A stretch of 64,000 nt of DNA from Candidatus Magasanikiibacteriota bacterium (GCA_018651085.1 JABIEQ010000010.1:1688-65687), one strand, 5' to 3'. Shown: positions 10,660-19,606, counted from the first letter of the stretch. Numbers and translations are program-made. Notes: generated by a model not told the origin, from the letters alone.

Positions 10660-10920
10660 GTCTTTTCCTTTTCTTTTTATATATTAAATAGTAGTAGTAG
10701 TAAGGGAGTGGAAAAGTAGGATAACTGTTTTTTTCTTTCCTTCACCCAGCCAATAAATGAACTTATCCCCTTGTTTGCTGACTGTTATATGATTGGCATT
10801 TGTCTGTGGGTATGTTTTTTTCTTATTTTTTTGTGTGTGTATAAGTCGATGTTTTTCCACATGTGATGTCTTTGTTTATTGATGTTGCCCACATAGTTAT
10901 ACGTAGGATTATCCGCGAAA
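10660..10920 (-). other. Replication origin (oriC) unwinding region: DnaA boxes, DnaA-trios and AT-rich tract
   Basis: Minus strand reads GTTATCCTAC-TTTTCCACT-CCC-TTACTACTACTACTA-TTTAATATATAAAAAG (10725->10673), the box/GC-spacer/trio/AT layout of the Bacillus subtilis basal unwinding system; further box-like 9-mers at ~10762, 10837, 10853, 10909. Confidence 0.8.
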
Positions 10921-10922
10921 GA

Positions 10923-12338
10923 TTACACAGTGCGCGCTCTTTGCTTTATAAGTTCTAGCTCTTCACGCATTTTTGCACTCTCTTTTATAGCATTTTGAAT
11001 CTTTGTGTGTGCATGCATTGCTGTTGTATGATCTCTTCCTCCGAGTTCTTGTCCAATTGCAGGATACGACATCTTCAGTTCGTCTCGAAGAAGGAACATC
11101 GCGATTTGTCTTGGAAGTGATAATCTTTTTTCTCTACTTTTTCCTCTAATGTCTTCAAGGGTAATGTCGTAAAACTTTACAATAAGTGCTATAAGTTCTT
11201 TTGGTGTAAGGATCTTTTTAAGACTTGTACTTTCAAAGCTTGCAAGTATAGAGTTTACCGTCTCTTTGCTTGGTGATATATTTTTTAGTTCATGATATGC
11301 AATCACCTTGTTTAGTGCGCCTTCAAGTTCTCTAATATTACTTTTTACTTTTTCTGCAATGATTTGAATAATATTTTCTGTTAAACCATAATTTTTTTCT
11401 TGGCATTTTGATTGGAGAATGGCAGCTCTTGTTTCTAGGTCAGGTGCTGAAATGTCTGCAATCATACCCCATTCAAATCTGCTTCGTAGACGATCTTCAA
11501 GTGCAGGGATAGCTTTTGGTGGTCGATCACTTGTAAGGACGACTTGTCTTCCGTGTTGGTGAAGTTCGTTAAAGGTGTGAAAAAATTCTTCTTGAGTTTG
11601 TTCTTTTCCTCCTATAAATTGAATGTCATCAATTAAGAGCAGATCAACATTTCTATATCGTTCTTTAAATTCTTTTGCACGCCCTTCTTTTACAGAAGAC
11701 ACAAATTCATTGGTGAACTTTTCTGAACTCACGTAGAGAATTTTTGTGTTTGGGTTTTCTGTAAGCATTTGGTCAGCAATGGCTTGAAGCAAATGCGTTT
11801 TTCCAAGTCCTACCCCACCGTATATAAATAATGGGTTATAAGCGTCTCCTGGGCGATTTGCAACGGCTTTTGCAGCTGCGTGTGCTAATTCATTTTGTTT
11901 CCCTACAATAAAGGTTGCAAAAGTATACTTTTTATTTAACCCAAACTGTGATGCTGATAACGTTGAGCGTTGATTTCCTGGATTTCGTTGGTATTGATAT
12001 CCTTGTGGTTGTTGTGCTGCTGGTTGTGTTGGGGCTGATGTTGCTCGAATAGGGGCACTTATAACAGCTTCTTGTTCTTCGACGTGTTTGATGTTTCCTA
12101 CGTTGTACTCTACCTTCTTAATAGGTTTTGATGTTACTCGTTCAAGAGATTTTACAACGTCAGAGTGGTATTTCTTTTGGAGCCAGCTTTGTGTAAAGGT
12201 ATTTGGTACAATTATGATAACGTTTCCTTCAGTATATTCACTAATACCGGTGTGTTTAAACCAGGTGGTGAAGTTTGCTTTAGAAATAGAGAGTTCAAAC
12301 TCGGCGAGAACAGCTTGCCAGATTTCATGATTGGTCAT
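10923..12338 (-). CDS. dnaA: Chromosomal replication initiator DnaA
   Basis: YNPLFIYGGVGLGKTHLL, LLIDDIQF, RLRSRFEWG, NIRELEGAL, GGRDHTT. Confidence 0.98.
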   Translation of the reverse strand: MTNHEIWQAVLAEFELSISKANFTTWFKHTGISEYTEGNVIIIVPNTFTQSWLQKKYHSDVVKSLERVTSKPIKKVEYNVGNIKHVEEQEAVISAPIRATSAPTQPAAQQPQGYQYQRNPGNQRSTLSASQFGLNKKYTFATFIVGKQNELAHAAAKAVANRPGDAYNPLFIYGGVGLGKTHLLQAIADQMLTENPNTKILYVSSEKFTNEFVSSVKEGRAKEFKERYRNVDLLLIDDIQFIGGKEQTQEEFFHTFNELHQHGRQVVLTSDRPPKAIPALEDRLRSRFEWGMIADISAPDLETRAAILQSKCQEKNYGLTENIIQIIAEKVKSNIRELEGALNKVIAYHELKNISPSKETVNSILASFESTSLKKILTPKELIALIVKFYDITLEDIRGKSREKRLSLPRQIAMFLLRDELKMSYPAIGQELGGRDHTTAMHAHTKIQNAIKESAKMREELELIKQRARTV

Positions 12339-12444
12339 AGATATGTGGAAAAAAGGAAGAAATTAGAGGTGAAATATGTGTGTAACCTCATTTTAGCACA
12401 AAACCTTTTTCTAAAAAATTGCTTTACTTAGCCAAAAGTTAGTA

Positions 12445-12480
12445 ATATGGGGATAAGTTGTGCACAGTGTGGATAAGTGT
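12445..12480. promoter_or_regulatory. DnaA boxes upstream of dnaA
   Basis: TGGGGATAA near 12448 and perfect TGTGGATAA at 12468-12476. Confidence 0.7.
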
Positions 12481-12718
12481 CTCTTCGTTTGTGGTCATTC
12501 TTGTTTATGTGTAGGGCTTTTTTATTTTTTCGGAAAGGTTTGTCTGTCTTTTTGTTTTTTTTATTTTTTCCTTTGTTAAGAGAAAACCTTGACATATTTC
12601 CTCTTTTTCGTTATAGTGATATCGCTTTACAAGTGAGGTCGTGTCGCAAGAGTTATTTGTGATAAAGATCTCCATTTTTTAATATAAAGCGTTGCCGACT
12701 ATTCTATTTTTGTAATAT

Positions 12719-12988
12719 ATGCCTAAAAGAACATTTCAACCAAATCAACGTCGTCGTCGTAAAAAACACGGATTTCGTAAACGAATGGGTACGAAACAAG
12801 GGAAAGTGATATTAAAAAGACGTCGTGTTCGTGGACGTGATACGTTAACCGCTTCATGTGGACTTAGCCTAAAGCAACGTCGAAAGACTGGGCGCAAAAA
12901 AGGGCGAGTAAAGATTACCAAAAAATTTCATTCAAAACGACGAGTGAAAAAAGCGGTAAAGATGGCTGCAAAAGCAAAGAAATCATAA
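12719..12988 (+). CDS. rpmH: 50S ribosomal protein L34 with long basic C-terminal extension
   Basis: [23 protein letters not shown]...GRDTLT; canonical position divergent from dnaA and before rnpA. Confidence 0.9.
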   Translation: MPKRTFQPNQRRRRKKHGFRKRMGTKQGKVILKRRRVRGRDTLTASCGLSLKQRRKTGRKKGRVKITKKFHSKRRVKKAVKMAAKAKKS

Positions 12989-13042
12989 TCAACGTAAAGA
13001 GCCTCGAAAAAACGGGGCTCTTTTGTTATACTTTTTACTAGT

Positions 13043-13423
13043 ATGGTACCAAGACAATATCGACTTAAACATAAAAAGGATTTTGATGCACTGTTTTCAG
13101 TGGGTCGTTTTGTTGGTGGTGATTGTGTACAGTTGAAAATATGGAAAATTAATTCGGAGACATTTCCAAAACGGAAGTACACGACAGATGATTTGAAAAT
13201 TGGTTTTGTTGTCAGTGTTAAGGTACATAAACGAGCGGTTATCCGTAATCGTATGAAACGTCGTATGCGAGAGGTTGTGCGCCTTATGTTAAAAGAACAG
13301 GCTCTGTTACCTGGATATTTAATTGCCGTTATGGCAAAGCCACAGATTGTTGATGCAACGTATGACGAAATTTCTGAATCAATTACTGCGGTGTTTCAAA
13401 AAGCTGGAATCGTAGTGTTATAA
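13043..13423 (+). CDS. rnpA: Ribonuclease P protein component
   Basis: YRLKHKKDF, KIGFVVSVKVHKRAVIRNRMKRRMRE (RNR motif). Confidence 0.93.
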   Translation: MVPRQYRLKHKKDFDALFSVGRFVGGDCVQLKIWKINSETFPKRKYTTDDLKIGFVVSVKVHKRAVIRNRMKRRMREVVRLMLKEQALLPGYLIAVMAKPQIVDATYDEISESITAVFQKAGIVVL

Positions 13424-13427
13424 ATAT

Positions 13428-13691
13428 ATGCGTGTATTTCAACGGCTTCTTTTTTTTCCACGATATGTTTTTATGATATCTGTGAGGTTATATCAATTAT
13501 TGTTTTCTCCTGACCATAGTTTTTGGGCAAAAGATGCGTTTCCTGAAGGGTATTGTAAATTTTATCCGACGTGCAGTGAGTATGGTCATCAGGTATTTTT
13601 TAAATACGGTGTATTTCGTGGCGGTATAAAAACCGTGTGGCGAATTTTACGGTGTAATCCATGGTCAGCGGGTGGTATTGATAAACCGTAA
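13428..13691 (+). CDS. yidD: Membrane protein insertion efficiency factor YidD
   Basis: YQLLFSPDH...CKFYPTCSEY...RILRCNPWSAGGID. Confidence 0.92.
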   Translation: MRVFQRLLFFPRYVFMISVRLYQLLFSPDHSFWAKDAFPEGYCKFYPTCSEYGHQVFFKYGVFRGGIKTVWRILRCNPWSAGGIDKP

Positions 13692-13695
13692 GTGT

Positions 13696-13923
13696 ATGAA
13701 AAACATTTTCGTACGGGTTCTTCCAAGATCTTCTAAAGAGGAAGTTGTTGGGTTTATGGCTAACGGTGTATTAAAAGTGAAGTTGACGACTCCACCAGTT
13801 GATGGGAAAGCGAATGAAAAACTTATTGATCTTCTTTCCTCATATTATAGTGTACATCGTTCTGCTGTCAGTATTGTCTCTGGTCATACGAGTAAAAATA
13901 AACACGTTTCTATAGAAGAGTAA
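13696..13923 (+). CDS. DUF167 / YggU family protein
   Basis: VRVLPRSS...LKVKLTTPPVDGKANEKLI...IVSGHTSKNK. Confidence 0.88.
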   Translation: MKNIFVRVLPRSSKEEVVGFMANGVLKVKLTTPPVDGKANEKLIDLLSSYYSVHRSAVSIVSGHTSKNKHVSIEE

Positions 13924-13924
13924 T

Positions 13925-13955
13925 AAAAAAGCCTCGTAAGAACGAGGCTTTTTTT
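13925..13955. terminator. Bidirectional intrinsic terminator
   Basis: A6-GCCTCGT-aaga-ACGAGGC-T7. Confidence 0.75.
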
Positions 13956-13957
13956 AT

Positions 13958-15274
13958 TTACTTTTTTGGTGGCGCATCACATGTGTGATCGGCGCTTCCT
14001 AAAATTTGTTCTTTTAGGTACTTCATGACTGCTTTGTTTTGAAGTTGTGTTGCTATGGTTTCACGAACCTCTTTTCTTTTAAGATTTTCAAGATATCCAG
14101 CATTGTCTTTGTATGTTTCTTCAAGCATGCTAATTTCTTTATCTATCGCATCTTTGGTTGCTGTGATTTCTTGTTCTTTTGCAATGTGGCGAGAAAGAAG
14201 TGCTGCTTTTGCTCTTTTTTCTGCTTGTGTTGTAAAGTCTTCAAGAAGATCTTTTTCAGTCTTTTTAATGTCTTGAAGATATTGTTCAAGTGTTACCCCG
14301 TTTTTTTCGAGATCGCGAGTAAGCTCGTAAAACATTTTTTGTTTTTCATGATCACTCAGAACTTTCGGTATGTCGTCAAAGCTAGATTTTTCTACCAGTG
14401 TTTCGAGTATTTCGATCTCTGCTTTTTCTTCTGCTTTATGAAGCGCTTCGTGCTCCATGTTTGAACGAATGATTTTTTTAAGTGCATCAACATTGTCTTG
14501 TCCAATTTCTTTTGCAAAGGCATCATTAAGTTCTGGGAGTGTTCTTTCAAATACTTCTTTTATTTGTACTGAAAATCCAACTGATTTTCCAGCAAGCATT
14601 TTTTGATAATGATCTTTTGGAAAATCAAGAGAAAATATTTTTTCTTCTCCCTTTTTTGCTCCAAGTAATTGATCATTAAATCCTGGAATGTAATGTTTTT
14701 CACCAAGGTATACTTGGTAGTCTTTTGCTTGTCCGCCTTCAACAGGAACGTTATCAATTGACATCAACATGTCGATAATCAATTTATCTTCTTTTGTTGC
14801 TGCTTTGTCTGTTACTACTTCTGATGCACGCATACCACGAAGGGCATCAATAGTTTCAATAACTTTTTCGTCTTCAACAGGTTTTGGTTTCTTTTCTACT
14901 TTTATCTTTGTAAGATCTGCAATCTTTACCTTTGGTAATAGTGCAACAATTGCTTTATAGACAATGTCATTACCTGGTACAAGTGTTTCTACATCAACTT
15001 GTGGCATACCAATAACGTCGAGGTTTTCTTTTTTCAATGCCTCTGGGTATGTTTTTTGGATAAGTGTTTCTAGTGCTTCTTGATAAATGCGCATTTCTCC
15101 AACTTCTTTTTCTACCTTTTCGTAGGGCGCTTTTCCTTTTCTAAAACCTTTAATATCTACCTTGTCTGCAATTCTTTTTGCTGCTTCTTGTAGGTAGGGT
15201 TCGTATTCTTCTTTTGTAATTACGATAGTAAGTTCAACTTGTGACTTTTCTTGTTTTTTGAGTGTGTGTTTCAT
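13958..15274 (-). CDS. tig: Trigger factor
   Basis: IKGFRKGKAP ribosome-binding motif; FKBP domain YIPGFNDQLLG..FPKDY; likely start MKHTLKK. Confidence 0.95.
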   Translation of the reverse strand: MKHTLKKQEKSQVELTIVITKEEYEPYLQEAAKRIADKVDIKGFRKGKAPYEKVEKEVGEMRIYQEALETLIQKTYPEALKKENLDVIGMPQVDVETLVPGNDIVYKAIVALLPKVKIADLTKIKVEKKPKPVEDEKVIETIDALRGMRASEVVTDKAATKEDKLIIDMLMSIDNVPVEGGQAKDYQVYLGEKHYIPGFNDQLLGAKKGEEKIFSLDFPKDHYQKMLAGKSVGFSVQIKEVFERTLPELNDAFAKEIGQDNVDALKKIIRSNMEHEALHKAEEKAEIEILETLVEKSSFDDIPKVLSDHEKQKMFYELTRDLEKNGVTLEQYLQDIKKTEKDLLEDFTTQAEKRAKAALLSRHIAKEQEITATKDAIDKEISMLEETYKDNAGYLENLKRKEVRETIATQLQNKAVMKYLKEQILGSADHTCDAPPKK

Positions 15275-15482
15275 AAAGTATGTTACGGTTATACATTTCC
15301 TCAGGATAGCGGATATGTTGGCATTTGTCAATGGCACTTTAGGGAAGGTGTGCTTATTTTTTTTGGCTTAAATAAGTCTTTTTTTCTCTTTTTACTCTGT
15401 TTAATCTGCATTGTATGTGCTACTATGATCATATTGACAGGACCTCATTATTATGAGATTCTGTTTTATTACCTCACATATT

Positions 15483-16853
15483 ATGAAGCACGTCGGCTAT
15501 CAATTTATCTTACGTCTTGTTCGAGGATGTATCTATATAAAACGAAGTATTGTATATGCTTTTGGGTTTTTGGTTGCTCGATTAGGTTGGGTAGGAAAAC
15601 TGTATAGAGAAACCCTTGGTGTCCGATTGTATAGAGTCCATTTTAGTATAAAGAGACTCTGGCAGCGTATTCGTGTTCCTTGGGCTCATCAAACTGTGGG
15701 ATGGTTAGGACGAAGAAGCACATTACAAATTGTGCTTTTTGGAGTGCTTCTCGTTGTGGTGTACCCACATAGTACACTGTATACCTATAATGATACTGCT
15801 GTTCCTGGACGAGATACAGTTCTTTATGCGTTAGTTGGTCCTGGGGACTTTGATGATGTTACGGTTGACGAAATTATTGCAGAAGGTATTGCAGCAAATA
15901 CTGAAATTCCTGTGTATAGGCAAGGGGCTGTCGTGTCTGAAATACCTTTTTCTGGAAATGATCAGGGACGTATTGTCGGTATACAAGAAATTGCTGGGGT
16001 GAGTGCTGGTGGTGGCGCTGTGATAAAGCCGAGTATTTTACCTGGGTCAACACTGCCAACGCCAACAGCGTCAGGATCTTCAATTCGTAAGCGATCAGAC
16101 ATTGTTGAATATGTTGTTCGGCCTGGAGATGTTATTGGTGCGATTGCAGAGGCGTATGGTATTAGTGTGCAAACAATATTAGTATCAAATAATTTAACTC
16201 CTCGATCATACATTCGTCCGGGACAAGCATTGTCTATTTTACCGTTTGATGGGGTGTTACATACAGTGAAATCTGGTGACACGGTTGGGAAGATTGCGAA
16301 GATTTATGATGCAGAACAAGATCGTATTATTAGTGCAAATAAATTAAAAAATGACGGATCAGATATTGTTGTTAATGAAGATTTGCTTATTCCTGGTGGT
16401 GTGAAACCACAGCCTCGTCAAGTGTATAGTCGTTCAACAGCAATTAGAAATATTGCTGCGCCTCCTCCATCTGTGAGTGCACCGGCTGGATCAGGGTATA
16501 TTTGGCCTTCAGCAGCGCGTATTGTAACGCAGTATTCTCATTGGCGTCATGTGGGAGCAGACATTGGTGGACCAATAGGCACGGCTATTTACGCTGCTCG
16601 GGCAGGGGTTGTCTCTAAATCACAGTGTGGGTGGAATTATGGATATGGATGTCATATTATTGTTGATCATGGTGGTGGTGTGCAAACGCTCTACGCTCAT
16701 GCAAGTCAACTTAATGTAAATGTTGGTGAACCGGTGTCTCAAGGGCAGGTAATTATGCTTATGGGGTCAACGGGTAATTCAACTGGATCGCATTTACACT
16801 TTGAGGTACGTATTAATGGGCAACGACAAAATCCATTTAGGTTTATTCGGTAA
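15483..16853 (+). CDS. LysM x2 + M23 metallopeptidase
   Basis: YVVRPGDVIGAIA and HTVKSGDTVGKIA LysM repeats; HVGADI, YAH, STGSHLHFEV M23 motifs. Confidence 0.92.
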   Translation: MKHVGYQFILRLVRGCIYIKRSIVYAFGFLVARLGWVGKLYRETLGVRLYRVHFSIKRLWQRIRVPWAHQTVGWLGRRSTLQIVLFGVLLVVVYPHSTLYTYNDTAVPGRDTVLYALVGPGDFDDVTVDEIIAEGIAANTEIPVYRQGAVVSEIPFSGNDQGRIVGIQEIAGVSAGGGAVIKPSILPGSTLPTPTASGSSIRKRSDIVEYVVRPGDVIGAIAEAYGISVQTILVSNNLTPRSYIRPGQALSILPFDGVLHTVKSGDTVGKIAKIYDAEQDRIISANKLKNDGSDIVVNEDLLIPGGVKPQPRQVYSRSTAIRNIAAPPPSVSAPAGSGYIWPSAARIVTQYSHWRHVGADIGGPIGTAIYAARAGVVSKSQCGWNYGYGCHIIVDHGGGVQTLYAHASQLNVNVGEPVSQGQVIMLMGSTGNSTGSHLHFEVRINGQRQNPFRFIR

Positions 16854-16911
16854 TAGTTACATGGGGATAAAAAAACTACGGATATATCCGTAGTTTTCTG
16901 TTGTTTTTTAT

Positions 16912-17355
16912 TTAAGAACCTTCTTCTGGATTGATACCTTGTTTTTCATAAAAGAGTAGGGCTGCACGGGAGTGTCGGAGCTGTGCTTCATCAAGACCTA
17001 CTTTTAAACCGTCAGTAGTGTCATATTGGATACAGGCAAATACGGTTCCAATATATATGATGATTAAGGCTGGCCAGAAATGCCAAGGGGTTACAAAGAT
17101 TAACGTGGTTATCATAAGAGATAGTGCGATGGAAAATGCTGAGAATATCCAGAAGGTTATGGTCATGGCAAGAGTAAGTAGATTTTTTGGTATTCCGCCG
17201 AAGGAAACAGCAAACCATGCTCCTCCAAGGAACATCACTGGTGCTGCAAGTCCGATTGCAACAGTATTGAGGTCATTAATTTGGCCACTTATAAATCCTA
17301 AGATTGCCAGACTTAATGTAATTACATTAATCCATAGTATCTGACGATGTTTCAT
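16912..17355 (-). CDS. Hypothetical 4-TM membrane protein
   Basis: Four hydrophobic segments; co-oriented downstream of lspA; start uncertain. Confidence 0.6.
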   Translation of the reverse strand: MKHRQILWINVITLSLAILGFISGQINDLNTVAIGLAAPVMFLGGAWFAVSFGGIPKNLLTLAMTITFWIFSAFSIALSLMITTLIFVTPWHFWPALIIIYIGTVFACIQYDTTDGLKVGLDEAQLRHSRAALLFYEKQGINPEEGS

Positions 17356-17483
17356 GATGTTTTCAAGGACGAAGTTTGTTTGGTGCTTTTTGATGTTTGT
17401 GGAAAAGAATTTTTTTAAGATTATATAGCGTAGTAGGTAATAGAATGGGTCTATTTTTTGAAGTTGCATAAACCAGTCTTTTA

Positions 17484-17945
17484 TTAATTTCTTTTTTCAT
17501 TTATGAGAATAAGGATTGCCCCTACAACAATGAGTATATCAGCTATATTTATAACAGACGTTATAATACGGAGGTAATCAATAGTAATACTAAATAAAAA
17601 TCGATCAATAAGGTTTGATACTGCCCCTGCAATAACAAGACATGTTCCGAGTAAAAGAAGTGGTGTGTTTTTTTTCTTATGGAGTATGAATGTTATACCT
17701 CCTAAAAGGATTATTGGGGTAATGATAATAAGTAGTGCGTTTGGTACAGGAATTTCAAAGGCAATACCGGGGTTTGGGAGGTATTCCCAGCCAAGCCATG
17801 GTTCTATAAGGTACCAAGATCCTTTTGGGTTTGCTCTTGCTAGTGATTTTAGTGTTTGATCAAGAAATAATAAAAACCCGCTTGTGATGATGTACCAGAT
17901 TAAGCGGGTTTTTGTTGATGTTATTGTGTGAAGTTTATGATTCAT
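17484..17945 (-). CDS. lspA: Signal peptidase II (lipoprotein signal peptidase)
   Basis: LDQTLK, NPGIAF, GAVSNLIDR, IDY, INIADILI. Confidence 0.9.
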   Translation of the reverse strand: MNHKLHTITSTKTRLIWYIITSGFLLFLDQTLKSLARANPKGSWYLIEPWLGWEYLPNPGIAFEIPVPNALLIIITPIILLGGITFILHKKKNTPLLLLGTCLVIAGAVSNLIDRFLFSITIDYLRIITSVINIADILIVVGAILILINEKRN

Positions 17946-18321
17946 CCGTAAGGGTTTTTTTGCAACTTACGCAAGACCCTGATGTTGCACGAGCGCGTAG
18001 GCGTTCTTTTGAGATTGGCTGATCACAATACTTACAAATACCATAGGTACCCTCTTTTAATCGATCTAGAGCCTTTTTCACGTCTCGTAGAGACTTCTCT
18101 AATGTCATCTCAAGTGGTTTGTTTACAGTGTATTGTTCTACTTCTTGAATATTGTCGTCTTCTTTATCTCCGTATTCTGGGAATGTTGCATTAAAGTCCC
18201 CTGCAACGTGAGGGTTTTTCTTTGTAAATTGTCCCAATTCTTTTTCTAGACGGCTTTTGTCTTCTGTGAGTGTGTCTGTCATCTCTTTGAGGAAAGTCTT
18301 TTCAAAAGGATTCTTAGTCAT
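17935..18321 (-). CDS. TraR/DksA C4-type zinc finger protein
   Basis: Coiled coil with DKEDD tip; ALDRLKEGTYGICKYCDQPISKERLRA...CVSC; has its own TTGAAA-N17-TATACT promoter at ~18378-18350. Confidence 0.88.
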   Translation of the reverse strand: MTKNPFEKTFLKEMTDTLTEDKSRLEKELGQFTKKNPHVAGDFNATFPEYGDKEDDNIQEVEQYTVNKPLEMTLEKSLRDVKKALDRLKEGTYGICKYCDQPISKERLRARATSGSCVSCKKTLTDES

Positions 18322-18409
18322 ACAGATATAGGGTTACAATATGGCTAGTAGTATATATAATTCTTTTTTTCTTTTCAAGTTGTGTGAGGGTTTACAGTTT
18401 TTTGTATAT

Positions 18410-18782
18410 AAAAAAGAGACGCCTATGGCGTCTCTCGAAGACTCTTTGGGAGTACTAGACTCCTATCTATCTACCTCAATCATTATTTGGGGCAAATACA
18501 TAGGAGCATAGCAACTTGCTACCAAAGACTCGTAAGCTCCTCTACCGCTTGCAATGGTGTAAAATCCCGACAGCACATATAAACATACTGTATAAGTGGG
18601 AAGGCACCTAAGTTTTGGGCTTTCCTCTTTAATCCACTCGTGTTTAACGTTTTATGTTTGTTTTATTTGTAGTGGAGTGGGATCAGTAAAAGGGGGGGCC
18701 CAAAAGAGAAGCAGTAGATGAGTCTACACGCTCATTACACTAGGTGTAAGAGTGTGGCTACATCCAGGTTGTTGAATGATCT
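18410..18782 (-). ncRNA. Putative stand-alone structured non-coding RNA, family not recognised
   Basis: TTGACA(18817-18812)-N17-TATTAT(18794-18789) promoter; no ORF of 60 aa or more; many nested helices; intrinsic terminator AGAGACGCC-ata-GGCGTCTCT-T-run at 18435-18410. Confidence 0.65.
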
Positions 18783-18878
18783 GTATATATAATAACACTT
18801 TTTTGCTAGGTTGTCAATGGTGTGAGTTGCTTTTTGCCTATGTGTAGCCTTTTTTTTCTTTATTTTTGGCATTTAAAA

Positions 18879-19105
18879 AAAGTATAGACTAGTCTATACT
18901 TTCATTTATTTGGTTGATTTATCCCCATTTTAGGGGAGTTTTACACAGAGTTATCCACAATGTATAGATTAGTCTATACAAATAGCCGATATATACTGTG
19001 AATATATCGTGTATAGCTTCTTTTGTTCCTGTTTATTTCTTGGGGATAGCTCTTTTTTCTCTTGTTTTCCACAGTCTTAGGTGGTTTTACACAGATTTAT
19101 CCCCT
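18879..19105. promoter_or_regulatory. Twin 20-bp palindromes and DnaA-box cluster
   Basis: AGTATAGACTAGTCTATACT (18881-18900) and TGTATAGATTAGTCTATACA (18961-18980); TTATCCACA 18951-18959 plus about six variants. Confidence 0.6.
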
Positions 19106-19189
19106 TTTGTAGAGAGTAGTGTATACAAACAGAGTTTTGCTCTTTTTTTATTGGAGGTATTTTTGTATACTATTGATATCTATTTTTAT

Positions 19190-19606
19190 ATGTCTATTCG
19201 ATTTTTTTTGGCGACAAAGGCTTTTATCTCTTATCAAGGGCAAATTCTGGTTCTTCGTGAATCCCCCTCTTATGAAGATACGAGCAATACTGGTTTTTAT
19301 GATGTGGTCGGCGGTCGGTTAGATCCCGGAGAACACTTCGGTGATGCCCTTACTAGAGAGGTATACGAGGAAACTGGATTAAAAGTAACGATGGGTCGTC
19401 CCTTTTTTGTGAATGAGTGGAGACCTGTGGTTCGAGGAGAACAATGGCACATCGTAGGTATATTTTTTGCCTGTGAGGCTGATAATCAGACTGTTGTGCT
19501 AAGTAAGGACCACGATGATTATAAATGGATTGATCCTAAAGAGTATAAACAAGAACACATTATAGAAAATTTGTCCTTTGCCTTTGATGCATATCTTACT
19601 CGTTAG
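19190..19606 (+). CDS. NUDIX hydrolase
   Basis: Nudix box GGRLDPGEHFGDALTREVYEETGL; likely start MSIRFF. Confidence 0.9.
   Translation: MSIRFFLATKAFISYQGQILVLRESPSYEDTSNTGFYDVVGGRLDPGEHFGDALTREVYEETGLKVTMGRPFFVNEWRPVVRGEQWHIVGIFFACEADNQTVVLSKDHDDYKWIDPKEYKQEHIIENLSFAFDAYLTR

Noticed and set aside
18436-18782. RNase P RNA (rnpB) identity for the orphan RNA, suggested by GAGGAAAG and AGATAGAT on the minus strand
   Set aside because: The complement of AAAGCCCAAAA lies upstream in a nested hairpin, not at the 3' end as the P4 pseudoknot requires; no ACAGAA..GGCTTA 3' region or terminal P1 is visible. A highly divergent form cannot be excluded without cmscan.
18879-18980. Possible CRISPR mini-array
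   Set aside because: Only two 20-bp copies, a 60-bp spacer made of DnaA boxes, and no cas genes.
18998-19189. N-terminal extension of the NUDIX ORF in the track
   Set aside because: It overlaps the DnaA-box cluster and promoter-like DNA; ATG 19190 gives a normal-length NUDIX protein.
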